DNA of 64,000 nucleotides from contig NW_027362773.1 in NCBI RefSeq assembly GCF_046119375.1, positions 211,916,001 through 211,980,000 on the forward strand. The letters are read 5' to 3'. Positions 10,301 through 22,601 of the stretch are shown here, in pieces (the first letter of the stretch is position 1; each line of letters begins with the position of its first letter). The DNA comes from Phyllobates terribilis. Lineage: Eukaryota. Both the position numbers and the translations under genes were made by a program. The notes under the pieces are model-generated. The model saw only the letters and a list, made by a program, of their open reading frames with translations, had not been told where the DNA came from and ran no database searches.

Positions 10301-12678
10301 CTGTTGACATCCGTGCCACCATAGTGCCAATGCTCTGCTGCTCTTTGAGACATTTTGCTGTGGCATGTTGGGAGTTGTAGTTTTGTAACAGCTGAAAAAA
10401 AAGGTATAGGTTGCCCACATATGACAGGCCATTCTATTATAGGGGTCATTCAATCACAAGGCATTGATAACCTGTGTACCAGATATCAGATCAGTGACCC
10501 CGGCACCCACCTCGGTTAGCTGCTGATAATAGCAGAGTGGTGGGGGTTCGGGGATGTAGGACCCCCACCGATTTAAAGATTGGTCATCAATATTATATGT
10601 CCTGATAGCCCCTTATAAAGAGGATGCTTATTAGGCATCGCAGCCCATTAGTGCCATGAGGTGACAGAGGGAACCCCTTCTATTGAAGCGGGAGTCACTG
10701 AAGGGTCAAATATCCCAAATTGGAGTTATCGGAGGGTCCCAGAAGAGAAATTGGTGACTCCTCTCCCATTCGTGGTGTTGCACATTGTGTGGCAGTTCTG
10801 TGCCGGATGACGCACATTGGTGACTGATGGACCGGGGGACGGCTCACCTCCGTGGTGTAGTGCAGGTCGCCCATCACCTTCCCGGCTAATCCGTCCTGGT
10901 TCCGGGCTTCGATCTCTCCCTGCAGCTCCATCAGTAACCACTCGGCAGGCTGCCCCTGGGCGTCCCTGTAATGACAGGAGGAGTAGACAGAGGGTGAGAT
11001 CAGCAGCGCTGGAATAGACCATCTGCTTCACTTCACCAGCAGCAAAGGTTCATTTAAACCCTGGCCGAATAGAAGTATCATCACGACCTGTGACCTCCCG
11101 CTCTGCAGGATCTCAGACCGACAGGGCATGATGGGATTTGTAGTTCTACTGAACATGCAGAACCAAACTGCCAGGATATGATGGGACTTGTAGTTCTACA
11201 ACAGCCACAAAATCAATAACGCTACATGCTGGGAATTGTAGTCCTAAAGCAGCTGCTGTATCAACCACATGGCATGCTGGGATTTTAGTCCCTACTGAAT
11301 CAACCACTGGACTTGTGGGGATTCATAGTCCCTACTGTATCAACCACAGGGCAAGCTGGGATTCATAGTCCCCACTGTATCAACCACAAGACATGTTGGG
11401 ATTAGTACACTAATTAGAATAGCACCTAGGCACAAAATGGAGTCCGTAGTCAATAATTTATGAAGTTTCCAAATTTAATGCCAAAATATGAGACAGATTT
11501 CAACGTTTCGGTTATTCAGGCCTTTATCAAGGTTATCTGTCCAAATAACCGCCTGTACCCGGCTACTATCTCCCATGTGGATCACGCAGGATTTACAAGA
11601 TATCTTTACTAGTGTTGAGCGAGTATGTTCTGTTCCTAGTTTGCTCGGGCCGAGCTCCGAGTATTTACAGCTGCTCTGTGATATGTTTGAATCGCTCCCG
11701 TGTGCATGATTTGCAACTGTTTGACAGCTTTATTACATGGGAGGAATGTGTAAGAAATAGACATTCCTCACATGTAGTAAAACTGTCAAACAGTCGCAAA
11801 TCATGCACACGGGAGCGATTCAAACATATCACAGAGCAGCTGTAAATACTCAGAGCTCGGCCCGAGCAAACTCGGCGAAAGGGTTAATAGAATATACTCG
11901 CTCAACACTAATCTTTACTCATCTTCAGCCTATTTGGACAGATAACCTTGATAAAGGCCTGAATAGCCAAAACGTTGAAATCTGTCTCATATTTTAGCAT
12001 TAAATTTGGAAACTTCATAAATTATTGACTACGTACTCCATTTTGTGCCTAGGTGCTATTCTAATTAGTGTACTACCATTTTGCACCATTTAGGAGTAGC
12101 GTATACCCTTCTCCATATTATGCTGGGATTAGTAGTCCCTACTGTATCAACCACAGGGCACGCTGGGATTAGCAGTCCCTACTGAATCAACCACAAGGCA
12201 TGCTGGGATTAGTAGACCCTGCTGAATCAACCACAAGGCATGCTGGGATTAGTAGACCCTGCTGAATCAACCACAAGGCATGCTGGGATTAGTAGACCCT
12301 GCTGAATCAACCACAAGGCATGCTAGGATTCATAGTCGTACAACAGCCCCATAATTAGAGTGACAGGACCTCTGGTTATCCTGCAGCTACAGAATGAATG
12401 GCAGGGCATGATGGGACTTGTAGTCCCCCAACACACAGACTGTTTGGGAATGCTGGAACCAGGGATTGATGGTTCTACAGCAGCAGAAAGACAAGCCATG
12501 CTGGGACATGTAGTACAACACGGTCGTAGTAAGGAGGGGACCCGCTGACACTTCTACAGAATCACAGTGATTGGACAGGTGAGGCGTGTACGTTAAAATG
12601 AGTCTGACAGGACAGTAGGGAGTAGTAGTTCTACACCAACGACTGCAGAACTGACCTGGATACAACAATCTGCACCAT
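4329..12678 (-). CDS. CHTF8: Chromosome transmission fidelity protein 8 (Ctf18-RFC subunit); complement(join(4329..4556,10848..10965,12656..12678)), 122 aa
   Basis: Spliced translation [62 protein letters not shown]...[15 protein letters not shown] matches vertebrate CTF8 as I recall it. All junctions are GT-AG and the phases add up (23+118+228=369 nt). It lies head-to-head with UTP4, as in human. Confidence 0.96.
5322..6330 (-). pseudogene. DIRS-A tyrosine recombinase; frameshifted just before the catalytic His-Tyr
   Basis: Contains [10 protein letters not shown] and [11 protein letters not shown]. The HYRLDL...[11 protein letters not shown] tail is present but out of frame. Confidence 0.9.
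6309..8293 (-). pseudogene. DIRS-A pol: reverse transcriptase, RNase H and methyltransferase-like domain; frameshift in a G run near 7070
   Basis: RT motifs [18 protein letters not shown] and YLDD; RNase H motifs TDAS, NIKEL, DN and NVKADFLSR; C-terminal IDLFA...AYAFPP. Confidence 0.92.
8215..9716 (-). pseudogene. DIRS-A gag-like ORF1, apparently spliced (9510..9716 + 8215..9444), two in-frame TGA stops
   Basis: N-terminal CxxC..CxxC (CALC...CLNC), Ser-rich linker and DIRS ORF1-type C-terminus ([10 protein letters not shown]...[10 protein letters not shown]). ORF segments 8965..9408 and 8215..8817 are in the same frame. Confidence 0.8.
11491..11541 (-). ncRNA. Putative minimal hammerhead ribozyme (U3:A8 variant)
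   Basis: Minus strand reads GACAGATAACC TTGATAA AGGCCTGAATAACC GAAA CG TT GAAATCTGTC; stem I is GACAGAT/ATCTGTC with an internal loop. Confidence 0.55.
11610..11910. mobile_element. Non-autonomous hAT-type MITE nested in the hammerhead-bearing palindrome
   Basis: TAGTGTTGAGCGAG...CTCGCTCAACACTA with 8-bp TSD ATCTTTAC (11602-09, 11911-18). Confidence 0.88.
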
Positions 12679-12699
12679 CCTCCCCGCGCCCGCTCAGAC

Positions 12700-12846
12700 A
12701 GGCAGGAACTGAACCTGGTGCTGCAGCGAGGAGGGGCGGGGCCTGCAGTGTGACGTGTTTCCGCTTCCGGCTCCCTGTGCAGCACACGTGAGGAGAGAGG
12801 AGCAACGTGAGGAGGACCGGGGCCGGTGCTGGAGGAGACTGTGAGT
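12700..12846. promoter_or_regulatory. Bidirectional GC-rich promoter shared by CHTF8 and UTP4
   Basis: GC box AGGGGCGGGGCC (12732-12743), TGACGT (12751-12756) and tandem ETS/GABP-like TTCCGCTTCCGG (12759-12770). These lie between the CHTF8 ATG (12678, minus) and the UTP4 exon 1 donor (12841, plus). Confidence 0.8.
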
Positions 12847-14018
12847 GTGCTATATACTGTATGTACGCCCTTATATACCTCCCCCAGTACTGGACGCCTC
12901 TGAGAGTCTTCATTCAGTGCTTTGCAGTCTGTGCCTCTCCAGACATGGCAGAAGTACAATTCCCAACATGCCTTCACAGTTTAGGGCATGCTGGGTGTTG
13001 TAGTTTTGTAACCTCTGAATAATTACACATTGCTGAGCACTGACATCCATAGACACAATAATGTCATAGTATATGGGTGTCCCGGAGCACTGATGTCCCC
13101 TCCATCGACCGCTCTGGCGACCAGTTGTTGGGATTATCTATAGGGCTTGTGTTGTTCTGTAATTGTTTAGATGCTGCGGTCGCCGCTGATTGCAGCATCT
13201 ACAGGGTAAAAAGAGCGGATCAGAGCAATCTCTAACCCCCGCAATCGCAGCAGGGCGTCCATCATATGCTGCGACTGACTGCCTGCACTGTACATGCTGG
13301 GTTAGATGGACCCCAAGGCCAAGTTCACATGTCCAGTATTTCTTCCACTCCTGGTTTTGACTTACAAATACTGATGTAAAATACTGAATGTGTGAACGTG
13401 GCCTTAGAATCACAATAGCTCCTCTTTGCTTTATGTTTTTTTTCTTCCTCGCCTTCCAAGAGCTAGGTCTTTTTTTTTTTTTTTTCCGGGTCCATACAGC
13501 TGTATCCGGGCTCGCTCTGTGCGGTAAGAGCTGTCGTTTTTATCGTTACCATTTTGTGGTCCATACAACGTTCTGATCCCTTTTTCCTCCAATTTTTGAG
13601 GAGGATGAAGTGTCCATAGAACAGCGATTCTGTCATTTCGATTGTCTACATTCTGATACTAAACATTTTATTTTCTTAGATTTTTATTACTTTCTAGAAA
13701 AAAGAATGGGGTGAAATGGACTTTTGTTTAATATTTCTTCTCTTTTTATTTTACATTTCTCGCTTGTGCAACACATTGTGATACTGTAATATTGCAATGT
13801 ATTGTAAAAATCATTGATCTCCTATGGAGCCCAGCTTCACAATTGACAGCAGCATCTAAGAGGTTAAACTGCTGTGGTCAGACACGAGCTCCGATCCCAG
13901 CAGTTAAACTCAGGTGCCAGCTGTATAACATGGCTCTGGAGCGCTCTCCATGCGTACATGAACCGTTGATGAAGGAAGATGACATTTTTTCGCCAGCCCT
14001 GGTTACATGGACTCATAT

Positions 14019-14281
14019 GGGCAGCACGGTGGCTCAGTGATTAGCACTGTTGCTTTGCAGCTCTGGAGTCCTGGGGGGTATAAATCCCACCAAGGACAGC
14101 ATCTGCAAGGAGTTTGTATGTTCTCCCCGTGTTTGGTGGGTTTCCTCCGGGTTCCTCCCACTCCCCAAAGACATACTGATAGGGGAACTTAGATTGTGAG
14201 CCCCAATGGGGACAGCGATGTAAGTGTCTGTAAAGCTCCGTAGAATATGATGGCGCTATATAAGCAAAGCATAATAATAAT
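14019..14281 (+). mobile_element. tRNA-derived SINE (V-SINE-like) with L2-related tail
   Basis: A-box GGTGGCTCAGTG, degenerate B-box, GGAGTTTGTATGTTCTCCCCGTG...GGGTTTCCTCCGGG core and (ATA)n tail. Confidence 0.85.
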
Positions 14282-14315
14282 TACTAAATTCTTCCTCTTT
14301 TGTCATTTTATAGAC

Positions 14316-17300
14316 ATGGGGGAATTCAAGGTGCACCGCGTCCGCTTCTTTGACTATGTTCCGTCTAGCGTGCGCTGTATGGCATATTCAGACCAGACTG
14401 ATAGACTCGCTGTGGCTCGTAATGACGGATCTGTAGAAATTTACAACTTTTCTGCCAACTACTACCAGGAAAAGGTATGAAGATTAATGCATATAACTTT
14501 CTCCAGTTCCCTGTATGTATTTTTCTTTTTTGTTAATGGGGAGTTAATATTTGACACTATTTGTTGTGCAGATTATTCCCGGAGATGACAGGAGGTCCAC
14601 GGAGTCCATTTGCTGGGCGGTCGCCGGTGAACGGCTTTTCTCCGCTGGTCTAAATGGAGAGATCATTGAGTACGATCTGAACAGGCTCTGTGTTAAATAT
14701 TCCTTGGATGCTTTCGGAGGACCTGTCTGGGGCATTGCAGCCAATCCCAGCAGCACCCATCTTGCTGTACGTACCACGTCCTTTGCATTTATATTTAATC
14801 CTTATTTTAGTTCTGTGATCTCCATTAATCTCATTGCTGCTGCTTTTCTTTACAATGTAGGTTTGCTGTGAAGATGGCTCCGTCAAGATTTTTAGCCTCA
14901 CATCCGAGAAGATCGTCTTTGAGAAGACCTTGGATCGGCAAAAAGGTGATTGCTGGACGATTATGTAATGTAGTCGCCTTCTCCTGACTGATCGTAACAG
15001 ACAAGTGTCACCTATTTTTTTTTTTTTCTTTTTCCTTCTGCAGATCGTATCCTATGTCTGGCATGGCATCCATCAGGATCTCAAATTGTCACTGGTTCTG
15101 TCAATGTCATCAAAGTATTCAGCGTCTCATCAGGTGACTATGACGCGGGGTGTGTGGTCACATCAGTGTACGAGGCTTTTGCTACTCTGGTTATATTGGG
15201 ATACTGCACTGGATTTTACTTTTGTACCTTTTTTTGTGGATTTAAATGGGTTGTCCAGGCTTGGGGTTCAATTCTGCAGTCACTCTATGTGACTGTAGAC
15301 TTGTATATCCTTACAGCGTGCTGGCAGGATAGAGTGACTGCAGAACTGAACCCCAAAACTGGACAATCCCTTTAATTCTTAATTACGTATTCCCATCTTA
15401 ATAAGTGAAAGGAGGTGGTGAGGCTTCGTAATCATTTAATGATTTTTCGGGGTCCAATCTGCAGCACTGGTTCCTGCAGTACTCTTCTGGTCGACACTGT
15501 GCAGGGAAACACGACCCACCCTATTATCTTTAATGAAGCTGCACTTAAACATGTTGCCCCGAACACCCCAGCTGCTCAAATCTGTCTGTAAATCTGTGTG
15601 CAGTGAGGGATCAAATAAAACCTGCTGCCTATAAAAGTGTATGAAGAGGGAATAATAGCAAAAAAAAAAAAAAAAAAAAAAAAGCGCATGGTTAAATTAC
15701 TGAGTCTTCTAGTGCAGAGGGTAAAAGTGCTAAAAATGCAGGACACAGGTGATGTAGGGGCCAGGACTAGTGTTATTTGTTGTTTATACACAATGCCTTA
15801 TTCTGAAATGTCACATGAAATTACCCTTATTGCATATACTATAGATAGGAACAAACTTTTCTCTAGACGTAAGAAGTAACCCTTCAGAGAATAATGTAAA
15901 TGCGTTGGATTAACGTTTATGGCCAACCCTTTAAAAGGGAGAGAATCCCTGTATCCTGCTCCCGCTTGGCACCACACGGTGAATCACTTGTTTTTGGAGT
16001 GTTTCTTTAAACAGTGTTCACACGTTCAGTATTTGGTCAGTATTTTACTTCAGTATTTGTAAGCCAGGATCTGGAGTGGAACAATCAGAGGAAAAGTATA
16101 ATAGAAACACGTCACCACTTCTGCATTTTTCACCCACTCCTGGTTTTGGCTTAAAAATACTGATGTAAAATACTGACCAAATACTGAATGTGTGGCCTTA
16201 AAGGGCGACTGTCAGTGCAAAATGACTGTTCAAACCAAGCACAGACATTCGGTGCACTCTTGGCGTTGCTGAGTAGTTCAATGCACATTTTACTTGTTTG
16301 CCATCTATCTCCATCCTGTTGCAAAGACAGCTGTCAATCAAAGAAGAGGAGGAGATGGATTTAAAAAAAAAAAAAAGTCGATGGGAAGGTGAACTGAACT
16401 TCTCGGCCACGTCAAGGATGCACTGAACTTCTGAGCTTGGTTTGATCAGTCATTTCATACAGAGACTCTTTTTAACGCACACACCCCACTGATAAAATCT
16501 CATATCTCGGTGCTTTGGGAGATCCTGATAGTGGGCACAAACGCAGTTTTCACCCAGCTATAGTCTGACATATGTCGCTTCACATAGGTCACCTTCTGCA
16601 TACATTGAAGCTGGACTTCCGGCCGGTGAGTGGGAGGAAGCGTGAATGCATTGTGTGGAGTGTGGCCGTCCTCTCCTGCGGAGAAATCGTCAGTGCGGAT
16701 TCTGCAGGAAAACTCCAGTTCTGGGAGATAAAGAACGGCACGCTTCTCCGCACGTACAACGTGGCCAGCTGTGACCTCCTGTGCCTCGCCGTGGCCAAGG
16801 TGATGCTCCTGTTCATTGGGTGTTTGTCTTATAAGCTGCTGAATGACCATGTTGACCCGTCCTGTTATTTGTCCTGGCAGACAGAAGAGAGCCTGCTGGT
16901 GGGCACGGCTCAGGGCGTCATCTTCCAGTTCCAGCATTTGGCCGTTCAAGCAGGAAAAGCAGAACAGCAATGGATTTGCACAAAGCCATTTCGATATCAC
17001 ACTCACGACGTAAGAGCCGTGGCGCACAGCAGCACCGCTCTCATCTCCGGTGGTACGTCAGCCCCCCACCTACAGATTAGTTTAGAAGTCACCTTGCTCT
17101 GGATCATTTCTAAAGCTTCTCATCTTCACAGGTGTCGACGGTAACATTGTTTCCCGGCCTTTGATGGAAAAGATGCAAACCAAATCCTACGAAGCTGCTC
17201 TAAGAAAAATCACATTTCCACATGTAAGTCTGGATACGGCTGATGTAACTTGCTATTTTCAGCTTTCCATGCAGGGATGTTTAATGAGCATTTGTCTCTT

Positions 17301-20300
17301 TCCTCAGCGCCATCTTATATCTTGTGCCCAGGCCTCCCGACTGCTTCTATTCCAGTTCCCTGAACATCTCGAGTTGTGGCGACTGGGACAGACAAATGAA
17401 TCGGGTAAGCGAAACCTCAAATGTCCATAGTGAGGATGCTGTGAGCTCACAATTTACGCATCAGGTATTTCTAAGAAAGTAACACACTTGTTGCTTCCTT
17501 TGTGCTTTTACACTGCATCTCTGATTATTCAGATTAAATTATGTATAAGCATAAGGGAAGTCTTTAATCCATTACTTGCCAAATTAGCAATTTTCATTTT
17601 TTGTTTTCTTGGACCTAATTGGATCTAATTAGAAAATCTTAGTTGCTAGAAGCAAAAAATTAGGCGTCCCAAAAAAAGGACATTGGTAGATAATGGGTTA
17701 AAAGGAGGTTTTCTTTTCAATAAAAGTTAGGGTAGAATAGGAACTGCACCCCTAGTCAGAGAAAGATGAAATACTCATATAATAACCATTAAAGGGGTTA
17801 TCCAGGAATATTTAGTTTTTTTATTATGGGCCTAAGAACTAACGGGCAGGTACTTACTGCGTACTGTGCCCTGCACCAATCTCTGCCGGCACAGGCCGCC
17901 TCTGCTGGCGATTCAGCGGCTTCCTCTGAAGGAAGTGGCTTCTCTTCCGCTTTGCTCTGTTGACGGGGTGTGACTGTCGATGTCATGCTGTTAGGCAGTG
18001 GGTAGCCGGCTGTCAATCAACATGACGCCGGCAGCCACGCCCCGTCGACAAAGCAGCCCAGAAGAAGAGCTGCTGTGTTGATGTGAAGCAGCAGGAGCTG
18101 TCGGGGACCCCTCTGAGCCAATGCCGGATAGAACAGGCAGATAGTTAGTTTAGCTTTTGGACCCATAGTAAAAAAAAAAAAAAAAAGTCCTGGACAACCC
18201 CTTTAAATAAGCGTCAGTCCTGGAAATCTGCAATAAATCTTTAACTGCTTTGGTCACTCAAAAGACAATCCAGAGGGTGAAATACTCTTGAAATAAGGAA
18301 ACTTTAGAAAAGCTGGTTTGTTAGGATAAGTGATAATTTATTATGTGTAGGCTACAAATGAGTCTGATGTTTATGAAAGTTTTCACTTTTGCAACTGTTG
18401 TAGGGATGGATGGGGACCTTCTTCATGTAAGCCAGGAAGAAGAACTTCTTATGCAGCTGAAGAGAAAGGTGAGCGATGCCAGTGGGTGGCAGCACTGAGT
18501 CACTGGAGCGAGGAGTTGCAGATATGCGCGGTTCATGCAGACATCTATGTATTTGTACTGACTTATCGATGCAAAAACACAAGGAAAATAAATCATTTTT
18601 TATCTCTTTTCAGGGGTCTGAGTGCATCCGCTGCAGCACTATCTCCCACTGTGGCTCATGGCTTTCTTATGCCACAACTTCCCGTCTGTTTCTCCATAGG
18701 CTACACTACGACAACAACAATATTAGTATCACCCGGGTGAGTTGATCTGCCGAGCGATACACACACATATATAGTATATATCCTCACATAATAAACGTCT
18801 TCTATCCATAAACAGGTTCCCAAAGTGCCCAAGCTTCAGACTGGAGCTCTGCAGCTTCTCTTCTCCCCTGACTCTAAACGGCTCTACATAGGGTCAGAGG
18901 GGGGACTCGTTCATGTCCTGGAGCTGTCGGAGGGCGTCTGCCAACACCGTCACACACTGGAGCCGCCAGCAGGTACTGGAAATTGTATAGGTATATAGAA
19001 AAAAATATACCACCTGTAAGGGGAGGATAAGTGACTGCTGCATTTTTAGAACACATCCATGGCGAATTGACAATCTGATCAGAAGAACGTCAGGGCCGCG
19101 GTGCTATCCGGGGCGCTTATCAAATCCAGTGGAACTTCTGTACACAACCTTTTGTGCCTTTTACTGAAGCCCCTTTATTTTGCTGTTTTTGGGGTCCTGG
19201 GGTATGATCCTCAACAGACTCAAATTGAGTAAGGTCATCAATATATTTTTCTCTGATATATTCCACCTGATCTACTGACAGCATGCATCAGCTGTCAGGT
19301 TCCTTTTAAGCTGGTAAAAATCATCATCTTTTTAGCATTCTGTAAGTGTATTTCAGGTGGAATCTGCCTGAAAATGACATCTCTTTTCACATAACTTTAT
19401 GCGGTTTTGAAGAAGTTTTTGAAGCGCCTTTTTTTTTTTTTCGTTTTTACTTTTGGTTATGTTTGGAGTGGATGCCATGGTGAATTTGCATCAAAGAAGT
19501 AACTTGTCACTTTTTTTTTCTTGTTTTTTTTTCCTCTTTCCCGCTGCGAGATTTTCAAAACCTTGTTGGTAACAAAAGCAAAACTTGCAAAATAAAAACT
19601 CACTGAATAGCATTGAGGATTTCCAATTAAAATCAATGCGAAGAATTTTGGAGTGGATTTGGAAGCAAATCCACGTGGAAAAAAACGGTGAAAATATCCT
19701 CACTCATAGACGTGGTCTCCATTTGTAAATCATAGCTTGTGGCCATGTACCGATTACTATCATTGAAAGGGACTCTTCCACGTCCAGACCCATGGCCATT
19801 CCGATTGCAAAGACGCAGAATAACTCTGAGGATCCTGTTTGGATTTCTAATGCAATTCCTATTTCAAATATACGTCACACATCGTGTGTATTTGTCTCCA
19901 CAGTGTCCTCCCATCCTGTGCATCTTTTGTCTGCAAGTTCGGATGGATCCCTGCTGGCGGTGGCTTCTGCCAACTCTCAGATTGACGTATTTAATGTGAA
20001 AGAGCTGAAGGTGAGCGCCATCTCTATTATTAATGCAATTTGAAGAAGTTGCCAGCGTTTTATGTGCTTTGAATTAACCCCATGATGTCTTTCCTGTAGT
20101 ATGAATGCTCAGTTCCTCAATACAGTTCTCCTCCTACTGCCATAAGTATCCAACCATCCACTAATGACCTGGTGATTGCTCACGCTGATCAGCAGGTAGG
20201 TGCTGCTGCGTCCTAGGAAACGTTCTTTGATGTGGTCATTTGATACAACTCTTATGTTTCCCCTCTCACCCACCTCCCCAGGTCCTGGAGTTCAGCATTG

Positions 20301-20579
20301 CTAAGAAGCAGTACACAGACTGGAGTCGAAAAGTTTTGCAGTACGGTCTCCATCGTGATTGGGTGGAGCGCGATACGCCAATCACGGGCATCGCATTTAA
20401 CCCCTCGAGGCCTGAACACATTCTTATGCATGATAACTATATGTTCTGTGTCTTGGACAAGTCCTTGGTAAGTAACAGTACTGCATGAGGAATTGTTCCA
20501 TTTTTGTTATCATTCATATTCTCTGAAACCAGGCCAAGAAAGGAAAAATTCTGCCGGGGTATGTAAACTTTTGAGCACA

Positions 20580-20631
<52 letters not shown>

Positions 20632-22558
20632 TCATATTATATCTGAATTTTTAATGGACGACCAATAGCAAAAAACACATATATAAAATATATATATTTA
20701 TATTTTATATATGTGCTTTTTGTTAATGGACACACATAAAAAATTTAGATATTGAGAAATGATCAAAATTCGGTATAGATTATAACAGTTTGAATCTATA
20801 GGGGAAAACATTTTACATTTTCTTTTTTTTTTTTGTTCAGCTATCGGCTGCCCANNNNNNNNNNNNNNNNNNNNNNNNNNNNNNNNNNNNNNNNNNNNNN
20901 NNNNNNNNNNNNNNNNNNNNNNNNNNNNNNNNNNNNNNNNNNNNNNNNNNNNNNNNNNNNNNNNNNNNNNNNNNNNNNNNNNNNNNNNNNNNNNNNNNNN
21001 NNNTTTGGACACACCTCATTTAAAGATTTTTCTGTATTTTCATGGCTTTGAAAATTGTACATTCACACTGAAGGCATCAAAACTATGAATTAACACATGT
21101 GGAATTATATACTTAACAAAAAAGTGTGAAACAACTGAAAATATGTCTTATATTCTAGGTTCTTCAAAGTAGCCACCTTTTGCTTTGATGACTGCTTTGC
21201 ACACTCTTGGCATTCTCTTGATGAGCTTCAAGAGGTAGTCACCGGAAATGGTTTTCACTTTAGTCAGGTGGATACACAGCTGATAGTCCTACTGAATAAA
21301 CTGTTAGAATTTGTATTATGGCAAGAAAAAAGCAGCTAAGTAAAGAAAAACGAGTGGCCATCATTACTTTAAGAAATGAAGGTCAGTCAGTCCGAAAAAT
21401 TGGGCAAACTTTGAAAGTGTCCCCAAGTGCAGTTGCAAAAACCATCAAGCGCTACAAAGAAACTGGCTCACATGAGGACCACCCCAGGAAAGGAAAACCA
21501 AGAGTCACCTCTGCTTCTGAGGATAAGTTTATCCGAGTCACCAGCCTCAGAAATCGCAGGTTAACAGCAGCTCAGATTAGAGACCAGGTCAATGCCACAC
21601 AGAGTTCTAGCAGCAGACACATCTCTACAACAACTGTTAAGAGGAGACTTTGTGCAGCAGGCCTTCATGGTAAAATAGCTGCTAGGAAACCACTGCTAAG
21701 GACAGGCAACAAGCAGAAGAGACTTGTTTGGGCTAAAGAACACAAGGAATGGACATTAGACCAGTGGAAATCTGTGCTTTGGTCTGATGAGTCCAAATTT
21801 GAGATCTTTGGTTCCAACCACCGTGTCTTTGTGCGACGCAGAAATGGTGAACGGATGGACTCTACATGCCTGGTTCCCACCGTGAAGCATGGAGGAGGAG
21901 GTGTGATGGTGTGGGGGTGCTTTGCTGGTGACACTGTTGGGGATTTATTCAAAATTGAAGGCATACTGAACCAGCATGGCTACCACAGCATCTTGCAGCG
22001 GCATGCTATTCCATCCGGTTTGCGTTGGACCATCATTTATTTTTCAACAGGACAATGACCCCAAACACACCTCCAGGCTGTGTAACGGCTATTTGACCAA
22101 GAAGGAGAGTGATGGGGTGCCACGCCAGATGACCTGGCCTCCACAGTCACCAGACCTGAACCCAATAGAGATGGTTTGGGGTGAGCTGGACTGCAGAGTG
22201 AAGGCAAAAGGGCCAACAAGTGCTAAGCATCTCTGGGAACTCCTTCAAGATTGTTGGAAGACCATTTCCGGTTACTATGTCTTGAAGCTCATCAAGAGAA
22301 TGCCAAGAGTGTGCAAAGCAGTCATCAAAGCAAAAGGTGGCTACCTTGAAGAACCTAAAATGTAAGACATATTTTCAGTTGTTTCACACTTATTTGTTAA
22401 GTATATAATTCCATATGTGTTAATTCATAGTTTTGATGCCTTCAGTGTGAATGTACAATTTTCATAGTCATGAAAATACAGAAAAATCTTTAAATGAGGT
22501 GTGTCCAAACTTTTGGTCTGTACTGTAATTAATTAAAATTTATATATATGTATGTATA

Positions 22559-22601
<43 letters not shown>

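Larger units (their letters stand above)
11403..12075. repeat. Inverted repeat (arms about 145 bp), each arm carrying a minimal type I hammerhead motif; probable Penelope-like pLTR relic
   Basis: Arms 11403-11548 and about 11930-12075; motif CC-TTGATAA-AGG..CC-GAAA-CGTT-G. Confidence 0.7.
11126..12340. repeat. 39-40 bp minisatellite (TGCTGGGATTAGTAGACCCTGCTGAATCAACCACAAGGCA) in CHTF8 intron 1, interrupted by the palindrome
   Basis: Degenerate units at 11126-11402; near-perfect 40-bp units at 12181-12330. Confidence 0.85.

Noticed and set aside
12070-12089. ATGGTGCAAAATGG on the minus strand as a CHTF8 start
   Set aside because: It diverges after MVQ and has no donor. The true exon (12656-12678) encodes MVQIVVS with a phase-compatible GT.
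14019-14095. tRNA gene
   Set aside because: The B-box is degenerate, no cloverleaf is evident, and the sequence continues into a SINE core and tail.
16500-17027. 175-aa minus-strand ORF
   Set aside because: Antisense to UTP4 exons 6-7; no recognisable domain.
14475-20281. Intronic snoRNAs in UTP4
   Set aside because: No convincing C/D box pair with terminal stem was seen by eye. H/ACA RNAs cannot be excluded without a covariance search.
20698-21062. ORFs spanning the N run
   Set aside because: Artefacts of the assembly gap.
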